Shown here piece by piece: positions 24,500-38,392 of a stretch of 64,000 nt of DNA (positions are counted from its first letter, which is position 1; each line of letters begins with the position of its first letter). The notes under the pieces were generated by a model. That model saw only the letters and a program-made list of their open reading frames with translations, was not told the DNA's origin and searched no databases. This stretch comes from Octopus bimaculoides (taxonomy: Eukaryota), in NCBI RefSeq assembly GCF_001194135.2, contig NC_068996.1, positions 39,240,807-39,304,806 on the forward strand, in the 5' to 3' direction. The translations under genes were made by a program, and so were the position numbers.

Positions 24500-24914
24500 A
24501 TTTATTTTTTCATACTGTTTCCATCCCCTTAGTAGTATGACAATGGGATTTCAAACTGCTGAGTCCAGATTACACAAGAGTTCACTTCAATTTCCATTTT
24601 ACAAATGGAAAGGCTGTTGTCAGTATTTAATATACTCCTCTTATGTTTGATACTGACAACAATTTTCACTTGTAATTATCTTTATATATCCCCTTTCCAT
24701 GCTTGGATGAGTTGGGTAAGCTGCCACCCAAATTCAAGGAGTTATAATTCCTATCAGACACATCAAAGGACCACATTCTGTTAGTATGTTGCATTTTTGG
24801 CATAGTTCCTTTTAAGAGCTGGATATTCATTTAAACATCACCCACTTTACAGAGAGTGCTGCTTTCATGTTATATTACTATATTACATTATTTTCATATA
24901 TGTAAGTATACAAG

Positions 24915-25657
<743 letters not shown>

Positions 25658-26231
25658 AGAGAGAGAAAGGAGAGAGGAGAGAGAAAGAGAGAGAGAGTGA
25701 GTGTGAATTTCAGTTAAATGATAACTGGGCAAAACAGTTTATAGACAATATTTGCTACGTGCGTGGCACAAATGAATACAAAAACAGCGTTTGTTGAAAT
25801 GCCAGTCCTAAGACAATATACTGGGATTGATTTATCAACTAGGACAACTGGATAGTAATGGTGGTGGTGATAATAATACTGATAATGGCTATTGTTGTTG
25901 TTGTTATTGATTAATGTTTGTCACCTTTGCACAAACAGACCAAGAGAGCAGAGTTAGCACATCAAAACTTTGGCAGGTAGCCCACATATATATATCTTAC
26001 ACCTTGGATGCCCAAATCATCTGTCTACTTATCTGTGTGGTGTCTGAATATTTAGTTGTAGGAAAAAAAAAAAAAAAAAACAGCTTTGTGTAGAGTGGAG
26101 AGTGTCTATGTCTGAATATGTATTAGAGAGAGACTAACATTATGCAGAACAAGCGGCATTTATGTTTAAACTTGTAGATGAGAACCAGTGAGGTGTAGAT
26201 TCGACATTATGATGTATTTTTTTTGTCTTTA

Positions 26232-26410
26232 TTTTTCATGGCTACGTGGAAGAAATTTGTTTGCCAACCACATGGTTCTGGGTTCAGTGTTATTGTGTGG
26301 CACCTTGGGCAAGTGTCTTTCACTGTAGCCTGAGGCTGACCAAAGCCTTGTGAGTGGATAAGGTAGGCAGAAACTGAAAGAAGCTTTGTTGAGTATGTAT
26401 GTATATACAT
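26232..26410 (+). mobile_element. SINE family A head
   Basis: CATGGCTACGTGGAAGAA..AACCACATGGTTCTGGGTTCAG..GAAACTGAAAGAAG. Confidence 0.8.
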
Positions 26411-26599
26411 ATATACTCTTTTACTTGTTTCAGTCATTTGAATGCAGCCATGCTGGAGCACCACCTTTAGTCGAGGAAATCAACCCCAAGACTTATTCTT
26501 TGTAAGCCTAGTGCTTATTCTATCAGTCTATTTTGCTGAACCACTAATGTTACGGGGATGTAAACACACTAGCCTAGGTTGTCAAGCAATGTTGGGGGG

Positions 26600-26630
<31 letters not shown>

Positions 26631-27627
26631 CTAGCAGAAATACCCGGCTTTGCCCGGGTTAAAGAGAATAATGAAATCTAAAAACGCCGTCTAGACTACG
26701 CAACCCTCAACTGTTAGTAGCTACGATACCATATTCCTACATTAATAACTCTCCAATCCATGCCAGCATGGAACATAGACATTAAGTGGAATGCCAGTCT
26801 CTCATCTGGGAAGGCCTTGAAATCAATGTTACCAACTGGGGACTATGTGTCGCAGTGATAATAAAAAGACTCAAAGGAGGTCTGCAACNNNNNNNNNNNN
26901 NNNNNNNNNNNNNNNNNNNNNNNNNNNNNNNNNNNNNNNNNNNNNNNNNNNNNNNNNNNNNNNNNNNNNNNNNNNNNNNNNNNNNNNNNNNNNNNNNNNN
27001 NNNNNNNNNNNNNNNNNNNNNNNNNNNNNNNNNNNNNNNNNNNNNNNNNNNNNNNNNNNNNNNNNNNNNNNNNNNNNNNNNNNNNNNNNNNNNNNNNNNN
27101 NNNNNNNNNNNNNNNNNNNNNNNNNNNNNNNNNNNNNNNNNNNNNNNNNNNNNNNNNNNNNNNNNNNNNNNNNNNNNNNNNNNNNNNNNNNNNNNNNNNN
27201 NNNNNNNNNNNNNNNNNNNNNNNNNNNNNNNNNNNNNNNNNNNNNNNNNNNNNNNNACATCTACACACATGTATGCCTATACATCTACACACATGTATGC
27301 CTATACATCTACACACATGTATGCCTGTACATCTACACACATGTATGCCTATACATCTACACACATGTATGCCTATACATCTACACACATGTATGCCTAT
27401 ACATCTACACACATGTATGCCTATACATCTACACACATGTATACATATACGTCTCTCTCTCTCTCTCCCTCTCCCCCCTCTCAAGAAGTTAAACATGTTT
27501 TTTGACTAAAACACTACTGGAACCCTAAGTAAGGCATCTGTAAAATTTGAATGAAATTGGTTGCGTAGTTCTCGAGTTTTAGGGATTCACACAGACAGAC
27601 AGACACATTCTCATTTTTATATATAGA
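26631..27627 (-). mobile_element. Complete non-autonomous Helitron (~1 kb including N-gap)
   Basis: Minus strand reads A|TCTATATATAAAAATGAGAATGTGTCTGTCTG at the 5' end; 3' hairpin ACCCGGGCAAAGCCGGGT then CTAG|T; A/T insertion site, no TSD. Confidence 0.88.
27257..27450. repeat. 24-bp tandem minisatellite (ACATCTACACACATGTATGCCTAT), at least 8 copies, running into the gap
   Basis: Direct reading; produces the STHMYAYT repeat ORFs. Confidence 0.95.
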
Positions 27628-27749
27628 TATATATATATATATGTGTATACACAAAATGGGCTTCTTTCAGTTTTCATCTACCAAATCCACTCACAAGGCA
27701 TTGGTTGGCCCGAGGCTATAGTAGAAGACACTTGCCCAAGCTGTGACAC

Positions 27750-28205
27750 AGTAGGACTTTGACTGGCCATGCTGGAGCATGACATTGAAGGGTTTTAGTT
27801 GAACAAATCAACTACAGGGTTTGTTTTTTAAGCCTAGTACTTATTCTATTGGTCTCTTTTTGCCAAACCATTAAGTTACGGGGACATAAACACACCAACA
27901 CCAGTTGTCAAACAGTAATGGGCTTTCAGTTTCTGTCTACCAAATGTACTCACAAGGATTTGGTCGGCCCGAGGCTATAGTAAAAGATACTCGCCCAAGG
28001 TGCCATGCAGTGCGACTGAACCTGGAACCATGTGGTTGGGAAGTAAGCTCCTTACTACACAGCCACATATTTATGTGCGCTTGTCTTTGTGTCTGTGCCC
28101 CCCTCCCCAAACAAAAACAACAAGTAGAGTTGATTAATTCAACTAAAAGTTGAATTAAGCAGTGCTCCAGCATGGCTGCAGTCTAATGACTGAAACAAGT
28201 AGAAG
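27750..28205. mobile_element. SINE family A (-, 27750-28082) abutting a 3' half in + orientation (28082-28205)
   Basis: Family A consensus blocks in both orientations. Confidence 0.7.
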
Positions 28206-28419
28206 ATATATCTTCACATACAGACGCAACATGTGAATATGCTCTATTTGAATAAGTTGGTGGATTTTGCATTTATGAACAAAAGATCACATAATCAAAC
28301 ACAAACCTGTCATATAAAGACAATGGGTTTTTAAATATTATCTCATTTTGCTATGCAGCTGCGCTCTGTAGGGGTAATTTTTGATAACTGAAACAAGTTT
28401 TTGATGAGTAACGTCATTG

Positions 28420-28620
28420 TTTAATGTCCATGCGAGTGTTACTACAGCTAGGTACCCTTTCTGTAGCCAGCTCTCATATTTCAAAGCAACATAGTATTTC
28501 TCCTAACCCCATTGCCAGACATGTTTGTTATGGAAGGCAGGAAATGAACATGACATATGATGCCTTTTTCACAATCATTGGATGATGTCAAAACAAGGGG
28601 ACACACAAACACATGCACAT
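28420..28620 (-). mobile_element. RTE-type SINE tail (same as 2560-2800)
   Basis: rc homology to ..CTTGACATCATGTGATAG..GGAAACAGGTGAGGGTTGG. Confidence 0.45.
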
Positions 28621-29075
28621 TATCAAGAGGTGCTGGTCTCTGAAGAGGGAACATGTGGAAGGGAACCTAGGAAGACGTGGTATGAAGTGGTGAGGAAGGA
28701 TCAACAAACATCAGGGCTCACAGAAGGGATAACAAGGGACTGAGACTCCTGGCACTTTGCTGTGCCTGAAAAGACATGTCAAGCTGAGTAAAAACGTAGT
28801 TGCCTTGCAAACAGGCTCATCCCCTGCAACCTTCTCCAACTGAACATCCCTAATCATGCAGGTTTGTAGGTGCTGGTGCCATGTAAAAAGGACCTGATCC
28901 AGTGCTGTATAAAAGCACAGACTACACTTTGTAAAGTAGGTGGTGTTAGGAAGGACATCCAGCTGTATAAACCAGGTCAAAACAGACATGGAGCCTGAAC
29001 AGCCCTTCAGCTGGTCAGCTCCTGTCAAACCAACACATGCCAGCATGGAAAACATGTTAAACGATGATGATGATC
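28620..29075 (+). mobile_element. RTE-LINE 3' fragment
   Basis: GGAAGGGAACCTAGGAAGACGTGGTATGAAGTGG (RPRKTWDEV relic) + UTR + GAT tail. Confidence 0.8.
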
Positions 29076-29234
29076 TATATCTTTATATTTACATATTCCA
29101 GGGTGTATATGTTCAAAGAAGTTATGTTTGAAAGTGAGTAAACACTTAGTTCCTGAATAACTGTAGGTGAAACAAAATAGATTTTGTTGGACTAGCAATT
29201 ATGAACTAAATGTTTACACACACACACACACACA

Positions 29235-29400
29235 CAAAGACAGGCTTCTTTCAGTTTCTATGTACTAAATCCACTCATAAGCCTTTAGTTAGCCTAGAAC
29301 TATAGCAGAAGACACCTACTCAAGGTGCTAGACAGTGCAACAGAACCAGATACAACATGACTGGGAAGTAAGTTTCTGAACCACACAATCACGCCTGCAC
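29235..29400 (-). mobile_element. SINE family A head
   Basis: GGCTTCTTTCAGTTTC..AAATCCACTCATAAGCC. Confidence 0.7.
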
Positions 29401-29849
29401 CAATCATGATAATTTAAATGGAGATTACTGCTAATCTGTTTCTATGGATAAAAGATTATTGGTTGCTGTTGTTTAGTTTTAGATCAGCGCTAATCAAGAA
29501 GGATTACAATCAGAGGAATTCCAGCTGTGACAATCCTGTCTTTTATTCAGATACAATGTGTATGCTACATTAAGCTATCTTAAAACTTTATTTTAAAGAC
29601 AGCAGAGTGTGATTGGCTATTATTTCTAGCAAATTAGGCCAATACATCATTAAAGTCAAGTTTGGTTGTTGTGCAACTCCAGGTCAATCTTGACTGATTC
29701 GAACTATGATGAAAAGCGTTCCTGTCTTTTTAAGGGATCCAAGATCCCGTCAACTCTTTTTTTTTGTTTATGAGAAACACTTGGGATGTTTGGGACCTCA
29801 GCTATGATGAGGTAATATATATAGTTTTTGCCAATAAAGAGTATCAATT

Positions 29850-30172
29850 ATCAAAATAAAGACCCCTTTTGGTCACAAACGACCATGTGATTGCACCAGG
29901 AAAGTTCCCCCATGAGGCACAATTTTGGGCAAGGTTGTTTATAGAAGACCAGCTGTCGCCTCTCAATGCCACTGCTGTTATCCTGGGGAAAAGCAAAGAC
30001 TGATACAGCTTGGCACCAGTGATGTCACAACTCATTTCTACAGCTGAGTGGACTGGAGCAACGTGAAATGAAGTGTCTTGCTCAAGAACACAACACAGCA
30101 CAGTCTAGGAATTGAACTCACTACCTGGTGATTGTGAGCACAACACACTAACCACTGAGCCATGTGCTTTCA
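29850..30172 (-). mobile_element. SINE family B
   Basis: rc of 18585-18925. Confidence 0.85.
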
Positions 30173-30334
30173 GCTGTCAAAATAAAAGTACCTTTAGTGC
30201 CATAGCTGTGTTGTGTTTTAAGGGTCATTGCTTTTTGTTTATTTTAGTGCAGGTTAAATAAGGGATGAAGTTTGTACTGTGAATTTTTCTTCAATGTGCA
30301 GGAGACGCAAACAAGTTTGTTTACTGGACACTAT

Positions 30335-30680
30335 TCTTATCTTTTACTTGTTTCAGTCATTAGACTGCAGCCATGCTGGGGCATTGCCTTGAACAATTTT
30401 TTCTATCAAACGAATCAAACCCCAGTATTCATTTTTTCTAAGCCTGGAATTTATTCTATCATATCTCTTTTGCTGATTTACTAAGTTACAGGGATGGTTG
30501 TCAAGTGCTAGTGGGGGACAAACACAGACACACACACACATATATCGACTTCTTTCAGTTTCTGTCTATCAAGTCCCCTTACAAATCTTTGGTTGGCTTG
30601 AGGCTATAATAGAAGACACAAGCCCAAGGTACCATGCAGTGGGACTGAACCCAGAGCCATGTGGTTGGGAAGCACACAGC
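30335..30680 (-). mobile_element. SINE family A
   Basis: TTTTACTTGTTTCAGTCATT..CCATGTGGTTGGGAAGC. Confidence 0.8.
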
Positions 30681-30899
30681 CAACACATTTTGTTTTTAGA
30701 GAGCACTTTGTTGAATTGCAAGCATTATAATTGTTATTAACTGACATTTTGAGTACATGCATGATGGTTTTTGCAACGAGTTAGTCTGAGAAGAAAATCA
30801 TTTTTGGTCTCTCTTTGGTTTGACAGTAAATCTCACTTTGCTTTAGTTTGCAATACTGGCTGTCTGATCTGATGTGTTACACTATTCGGTAAAACTCAA

Positions 30900-31140
30900 T
30901 CATCATCATTTAACATTTGTTGTCCATGCTGGCATGGGTTGGACAGTTTAACCAAAGCTGGCAAGCTAGAGATATGCACCAGACTCCAGTCTGATTTGGC
31001 ATGGTTTTTATGGTTGGATGCCCTTTCTAATGCCAACCACTTTACAGAGTGTGCTGAGTGCTTCAACGTGGTACTGCACAGGCTCTTTTACATGGCACCG
31101 TATGAGCACTTTTATGTGGTACCATCACAAGTGCTTTACA
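30900..31140 (-). mobile_element. RTE-type 3' UTR repeat
   Basis: CATCATCATTTAAC..CCAGACTCCAGTCTGATTTGGC. Confidence 0.75.
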
Positions 31141-32054
31141 CCACCGGAAGGACTGGTCCTAACACTTCTGTGGAGTAGAGAAGTACAGCAAGGCACCAGG
31201 CATCTCCATCCTTTGTTACAATATCTGTTGTTATTCCCCAGATGTACTGCAGTTGAATCCAGTTTTAAGAACTGGATAACTGCAAAGATGAAGATGAGGT
31301 TATTTTTGCTGTAGACTGAACAAAAGTGCAGTGCCATGCATGTTTGTCCAGAACAAATTCCGGTTTCCAGTCAGCTTTTTGGATGAAGTCAAAGCACTAA
31401 TCTAATTCCTCAACAAGCCAGAGAAATTTTTGAGAGAGAGAGAGAGAGAGAGAGCGAGAGACTGATGTGTTACACTGAGTAGGTCAAATGACTTCATAAA
31501 AATTTCCCTATTTAACTTGTGTAGTTAGTGATGCTAGTAAGGAAAATACAGTACAGTAGTACAAAATATTTTTGGTGCTGCTGATGTTAATGGTAATGAG
31601 AGTCATCATCAGGTTTAGTAGTAGTAGTAGTAGTAGTAGTAGCTATGATGGTAATGATAACAGTGAAGATAATGTTGAAGAATATTATGTTACAAAAAAA
31701 AAAAAAAGAAAAAAGAAACCTTCAGAAAACTTATTTATCTATGTCAGGTTTCAGGTTTTATCATTTTTTAATCTCCTTCAGGTACACATTAATTCAATTC
31801 TTACACTATGTACTGGATTTGTAAACATATTTATAAAGACATGGTGCCTTGATGGCTTCAAGCCATTGGCCTGGATATTAAAAAAAAAATGAAAAAAGCA
31901 ACTTAATACTGAAAAGTGGTGCAAAGTAGAAAAATATTTTATTTTTATAGACAAAATATAATAACCTAGGAAATCCAAAATTAGTTACGTTTCAATTTCA
32001 GTGGGTGAGATTTTTTCTTTCTTTTCTTTTTTAGTATTCTAATTTAAAAAGATT

Positions 32055-32325
32055 TTTTAGTCATTAGACTGGCCATGCTGAGGCACTATGAAGAATTTTT
32101 AGTCAATGAATTGACTCCAACAGTTATTTTGTCTTAAGTCTGGTACTTATTCTATTGGTCACTTTTGTTGAACTGCTTTCAGTTTCCATCTACCAAATCC
32201 ACTCACAAGGCTTTGGTCTGCTTGAGGCTATTATAGAAGACATTTGCCCAGGGTGCCATGCAGTGGGACTGAACCTGGTATCATGGTTGGGAAGCAAGCT
32301 TCTTACCACATGGCTATGCCTGCAC
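32055..32325 (-). mobile_element. SINE family A (internally deleted)
   Basis: 3' half fused directly to the head, no microsatellite. Confidence 0.7.
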
Positions 32326-34486
32326 CTTGTCTTACATATATAAAAAAAAATTTCTGCAAAGTATTTCATGCTTTGTTTTTTTTTTAAAGTGCTGCCCCAA
32401 CATGGCCACAGATGAATAACAAAACAAAAGATTATTCATCATTTAATGCAAAGTCACTTGCTTGCATATAGTGTATAAATTAAGACTTGAATTACATTTA
32501 AATTTAGTCGATAACACTTAAAAGCTTTAACTATTAGATACCAGCTGCAAACAACAAGAAACATTTTAATTTTGTATTTTATTTATTGATGAGTCAGCTG
32601 AGTGCAAACAATATATATATCCAGAAATATACATATTAGATAAAATAAATACCAGACTGAAATAGATTTTACAATTAATTTCTGAAAACAAAAAAGAAGT
32701 TTATTGGCAAAAGACAAGCAGTATAACAGCAACATCAATTAAGAACAGTATCAACAAACATACATAGTCTTTCAGTTTTCAATCATGTTTGTTAAAGCAT
32801 TAGCTACTGCTGAATTATGCTGATATATATTTAGACATGGCAAGTATAAGAGCAATAATCAGTAAATATAATACTGAACCCAGCAATAGGTCTTCTAAAA
32901 GTGCACACAAAAATATACAAGCATAACTGTGGTTCCATGTTCAATCTACTCTGACACTTTGGACTAAGGTTTCCTGCCATAGTTACAAATTGACCTTGTG
33001 AGTGAAACTTAGCAGACAGAAGTTGTGCAGAAGAACATTGTATGCATGTATTTTTTGCCAAAGTATATCAATGAAAGATTTAACCATTGTCATGAAAACT
33101 GATGCTTACAATAACTTTTGACATATTTGCTCTGCATCAAGCTACAGACACTTCCTCATAATTGTTGTCATGTTGTCAGAAATCGATAATCAATGATGCT
33201 ATTGTTCATAAACTAATAAAAAATTTTAAAAAATAAGCCATTGCAGATACTGTTTCCAAATATTCTTTGAGAGTGAACTCCAAATACTAATTAACCCAGC
33301 TAAATAAAAAATTTGGCTGGCAGGAAAACATATACTAAGAAAGAAGAAGAACATAAAGAGGGCACCCAATCTCTTCTTAGAGCAGAGAACCAATGAAGTT
33401 ATCTTATGGTGTAAAGTTAACCAGGGTAGAGGCAGGGCAAGGTTCAACCAATTCTTATTCAACTATATTGAAAGGAAGGTGGCAGGGTTAGAGTTAGCAT
33501 TAACAGTTACAAATCAGTCTATTAGACTTCACACATCACTAAGTTCATGGAACGAATCGCCAAAGACAAAGTGATTTACTTAAAGAAGAGTTATTTGTTA
33601 ACAGAACATGGCTTTGGTCAAGGTAGCAGCAACTTGAGCAACTTCTATGGCAAGACAGGTAGAATATTTAAAGGATGCAATAACATGAAAATTACGTATG
33701 CACATTTATTTATTATGATCTTGCTTAGGCGTAGTAATATTAATAGCCAATTGTTAGAGCTCAATATACACGTGCTCCAGAGCTAAGCATTTTTGTATAT
33801 ACATCAGTGGGTGTTAGGAATGGAGTAGGTAAATAATTGCTGCATATGTATAATTGTATAAATATGTGTGTGTGTGAGTATGCATATATGTAATGTGTGT
33901 ATACATGTGCATGGATGTACATATATATATATATTTGTCTTTGTATATGCGTGTGCATTTTCATGCATGTGTTGATGTATGTATGTTGTTATTGTTACTA
34001 TATGCAACAGATTAGTACATATGCCTAACTTTATATTTCTACAGTCAATTACAGTATATTTAATATAAATTTTGTCTGACACACTCAGTTAAATAGTCAT
34101 AATCTGAAGAAGGAACCCAAGATTTAACCACTGGATAAAAAACAGTGGCATTGCTCACTCTCAGTAATCCTAGGAGCTTCTTACAACTTGATGTGGTTAG
34201 CCAACATGGATTGTAACCAAGAGCTTGAATGCTATCCACCAGGATATTGTATCCTCTTCTATTTAATATATATATAAGGTTAGTAGAGTTAGAGGTTGGA
34301 ATAACCGTCTAAGGGATAAAAATATCCGTTTTACTCCCAGTATAATTACCTATGTTAACCCTGGACATACATATGCAAGCATATTATGCTCGTAGGATAC
34401 AGGCAATAACAAAGATAAACATGAGTTTATCAGGAATCAAATTTAAATTAAGCAGAAAATGGAGAAATCTTGATCAACAATTGACT

Positions 34487-34787
34487 AACAGATTATATTT
34501 TTTAATACGAAACTTTATCCCATCTAACAGCCATTTCTGCTTCCAGTGTCCTATGGTGTTGCCATTGAAAATTCTGAGAATAATATTCGTCATATTTTGC
34601 AACACATCCAATCTGGAATATGGAGCTTCATTAGAGTGAAGAAAAACACATGTTCCAGATCAGATGTGTTGCAAAATATGACGAATATTATTATTAGAAT
34701 TTTCAATGGCAACACTGTAGAACATTGGAAGCAGTAACGGCTGTTAAATGGGATAAAGTTTTGTATTAAAAAATTATAATCGATGTT
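34487..34787. repeat. Long inverted repeat (fold-back), ~135-bp arms and ~30-bp spacer
   Basis: 34487-34620 is the reverse complement of 34651-34787 with mostly transition mismatches; abuts an N-gap. Confidence 0.9.
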
Positions 34788-35431
34788 NNNNNNNNNNNNN
34801 NNNNNNNNNNNNNNNNNNNNNNNNNNNNNNNNNNNNNNNNNNNNNNNNNNNNNNNNNNNNNNNNNNNNNNNNNNNNNNNNNNNNNNNNNNNNNNNNNNNN
34901 NNNNNNNNNNNNNNNNNNNNNNNNNNNNNNNNNNNNNNNNNNNNNNNNNNNNNNNNNNNNATATGTGTGTGCATTTGCTCAATGTACATTTAAATACATT
35001 GATAAATTATATTTCATACTGTGGTATCTGCACACAAGACTGAGTTCATTTATCATACTAAGGACAATTGTTTATCTTATTTTTCATCTTAGCTCTTACC
35101 ATCTCAGTGCCTTAGCTCTAACATTATTACCTTATAAAGACAATATTCATCACTTTTCATCTCTCCACATCTTTACATTTTTCCTCCACTGACCCCAATT
35201 CATTCTTAAAAAAACAAAAAAAAACCTGACCTCTTAAACCACATGCCTTTTCTCTTTACTGTTTGCTTGTTGATAATGAATTTCATCAGTTCCTTAACCA
35301 AACCTTGCTTCAACCCACCATTCCACTGTTGTGAGTGTAATAATTTCTGCTTGGTCTATCAAAATTGTTTTTGACAATAGAATTGTAAACAAATAAGTGT
35401 ACCCAACAACAAAGGAAACTGAACATCTATA

Positions 35432-35510
35432 ACTTTCTATATTTAAGAGACGAGGAATTATTTACATTTGACGGATATTTGTCTTCATCTTGTTTGTTGT
35501 TAACACAACT
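35432..35510. mobile_element. Partial copy of the PLE-type terminal repeat
   Basis: TTCTATATTTAAGAGACGAGGAATT..GACGGATATTTGTCTTCATCTTGTTTGTTGTTAACACAAC, as at 11881-11964. Confidence 0.75.
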
Positions 35511-35572
35511 GAATCCCAAATCTTCCTGATTCCATGATAAGTGTCAAAGAATAATGTTTACATTGAAGTAAG

Positions 35573-35945
35573 GTGACAAGCTGGTAGAATTGTTGGCATG
35601 CCAGGCAAAATGCTTAGCAGTATTTTGTCCATCAGAGTTCAAATTCTGCTGAGGTTGACTTTGCCTTTCATACTTACAAGGTTGATAAAATAACTACCAG
35701 TTCAGCACTGGGAATGATGTAATCGAAATTGCTGACCTTGTGCCAAAATTTGAAACCATTATTATTATTGAGTGGTGAGCTGGCACAATTGTTAGCACGC
35801 CCGAGTTCAAATTCTGCTAAGGTCAACTTTGTCTTTCATCCTATCGGGATCAATAGAATAAGTACCAGTTGAACATTGGGAATGATGTAATCAATTTATC
35901 TCCTTCCCTAAAATTGTTGGCCTTGTGCCAAAATCTGAAACCAAC
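35573..35945 (+). mobile_element. Two tandem copies of a third tRNA-derived SINE (family F)
   Basis: GAGTTCAAATTCTGC..GGT(C/T)GACTTTG.CTTTCAT..AATAA.TACCAGTT..GCCTTGTGCCAAAA, present twice. Confidence 0.75.
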
Positions 35946-36424
35946 ATTTACACTGAAATAAATCACACTAAGGGTCCTTTCTTAAAGTGTTGCAACTAAA
36001 ATCCAGTTCTAATCAGTGGATCATAATTTCGCAACATTGCTTTGATTCCTGAGTTGGAAGTGGTATTTCATTTTCATGTTTATTGCTTCAGTTGATAATG
36101 CAAGAAGGTAATGGAATTTCATTCTACAGAATTATTTCATTTTCACCACAAATTTCTCAAAGAGTACTGCTAATTGAATTGATCCATAAGGCATGCTGCC
36201 TCTTAACTCTGGAAATGTTGAATATAAATTAGATACTGATGCAACAGAACATAGACTGCAGGTAATTAAGCCCTGATATGTTATAGTTTCGGCAGTTCAA
36301 TTAAACTGTCAGTATGTGAAATATCACAAAGAAATATACTCATAACTATTAATACATATGTATTCTTTCATACTGAATTCCAATATTTGAAATCCAGGTT
36401 TGTCCCTGTTAACAGGGGTGACTG

Positions 36425-36730
36425 GATCTACCTCACTCTTACAGTAACTGCTCTCACATCATCTCACCAGATTTTGATTGTTCTCCCTCCTCAAGCCAAC
36501 CTTCCCAATCTCTTCCTCCACCTTTTCTCTGGTCGACCTCGCTTTTGCAGTTCATTCACTTTAAACTCAAGCACTCTCCTCAGAACATGATCCTCATCCC
36601 TCCTCAACACATGTCCATACCACCACACTCCACTCACCCTTGCCAGCTGTTCCATCAATTCTTCCAACCCCAGCATTCCCATCAAGTCTTCAGCTCTCCT
36701 TTTATCAAATAGTTCCACACCACACAAGCT
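36425..36730 (-). mobile_element. RTE ORF2 C-terminal fragment
   Basis: WWYGHVLRRDEDHVLRRVLEFKVNELQKRGRPEKRW. Confidence 0.85.
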
Positions 36731-37279
36731 GAATTGAAAGAGAGTAGATCGAGGGAACTAATAGTAGTAATAGAACAAGGAGTGATGCTAATTCTCTGGA
36801 AGTCACTTATTCTTAGCTAGCTGGCATGTGACTTCTGCCTTCGTATGCTAACTGCCATGGATTCAATGGTCAGATTTCTTTTCAAGATGCACACAAACTA
36901 CATTACATAAGTGGCATATAAATAAATTTTGAATTACACATTAATAATCTACTGAAAAAGCTTCTAGATCAACAGAAAACAACACAAGACAGAGTTAAGG
37001 AGTAATATTAAAATCTCACATCCAATGAGTAACAATAAAATCAAGTGGTGCAGTAATTTTGTGGTTAAGCATGTTTATAGCTATAAAACTAAAATTAGTA
37101 AAAGAATAAAATTTAAGAAATAAAAAAATCACACCTGAATTCCACCTTTTTCTCTGTTTTTGGTCCAATTACTTTCCCATTCGTACTAAATGCAACCTTA
37201 GACATCATTGGTTTTGTTTAGGTCAAAAGAAGAGAAAATGTGACCTGAAAAATAAGAAATGTTATAAAATTACACACAC

Positions 37280-37311
<32 letters not shown>

Positions 37312-37624
37312 CATACATACATAATTCAGCATCATAATCAACACCTGTGCAATAAAATCATTTGGTTCATTGGAATATTTCATTAAATGACAATTGTGAA
37401 GTTTATATATACAAGTACCATAAATAATATTACTGCTGATATTATCTGTTTCCACTGTCAGTTTAGGAATTGAGACAGTCTTTGAACACCTTAAACTTGC
37501 AGTGTCCTACAGTGGCCTCTCTGTATCACTGATAACCACTACAAAAGAAGCCACAAGCTCAGTTAAATCATCAACACTTTAGACATGAAAATTGATAACG
37601 TTTTCTGCTTATGAATGAAGACAG

Positions 37625-37778
37625 TTGCATCAAGAGAACATATGGAAGAGTTAGACCCGGGAAGACACGAGACAAAGTTGTGAGAAAGGATCTTCAGATG
37701 TTGGGCCACACAGAGGGGATGACAGGGAACTGAGACTCCTGGCAGTTAGCTGTGCGTGAGAAGACATGTCAGACTAAA
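37625..37778 (+). mobile_element. RTE ORF2 end fragment
   Basis: GGAAGAGTTAGACCCGGGAAGACACGAGAC..GAGAAGACATGTC. Confidence 0.65.
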
Positions 37779-38079
37779 AGTGTTGAACATAAAGTAAAAG
37801 GGTTGAAACCAGATGCACAGAAATGAAGAGTTGCTGAGCCCCGAAACACTACACATCTACTGCTGCAATACTAGATGGTCATACCGATCTCCAAAACTCA
37901 CTACCATTTACAAAATGGACTTGTTGCAACACACAGCGAGAGAAATAACAGACAGGAATTGAAAGCTGTGTCACAAAAGAACATAAAAATACAAAAATCA
38001 TTATAGTAGGTTGTTAGTAAGAGCGTCAAAGAATCACCATCTCAGGAGACTAACCAAATTATATCTGGTTCATATGCTG

Positions 38080-38392
38080 AAGTAATGACCATGGGATTGC
38101 ACCTAGAAAGTTACCCTCTGAGGCACACAAGTCCGGGCAAGGTTTTTTTATGGAAGACCAGCAGTCACCCATGCATACCAGCCTCTCCTTTCCGCACCAC
38201 TGATGTTATCTAAAGGAAAGACAAAGGCTGTTACAGTTTGGTACCAGTGATATTGCACTCATTTCTACAGCTGAATGAACTCTAGCAATGTAAAATAAAG
38301 TGTCTTATTCAAGAAAACAAAACACAGCCCGATCTGGAAATCGAACTTACTACCTTATGATTGAGAGCCCAATGCTCTAACCACTGAGCCAT
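38080..38392 (-). mobile_element. SINE family B
   Basis: rc of 18585-18925. Confidence 0.8.

Larger units (their letters stand above)
26418..27750 (-). mobile_element. SINE family A split by a Helitron in its (TA)n linker
   Basis: 3' half at 26418-26630 and 5' half at 27628-27750. Confidence 0.8.

Noticed and set aside
31248-31284. Small hairpin TGCAGTT(GA)ATCCAGTT-TTAAG-AACTGGAT-AACTGCA
   Set aside because: Only ~37 nt, too short for a pre-miRNA, with no other support
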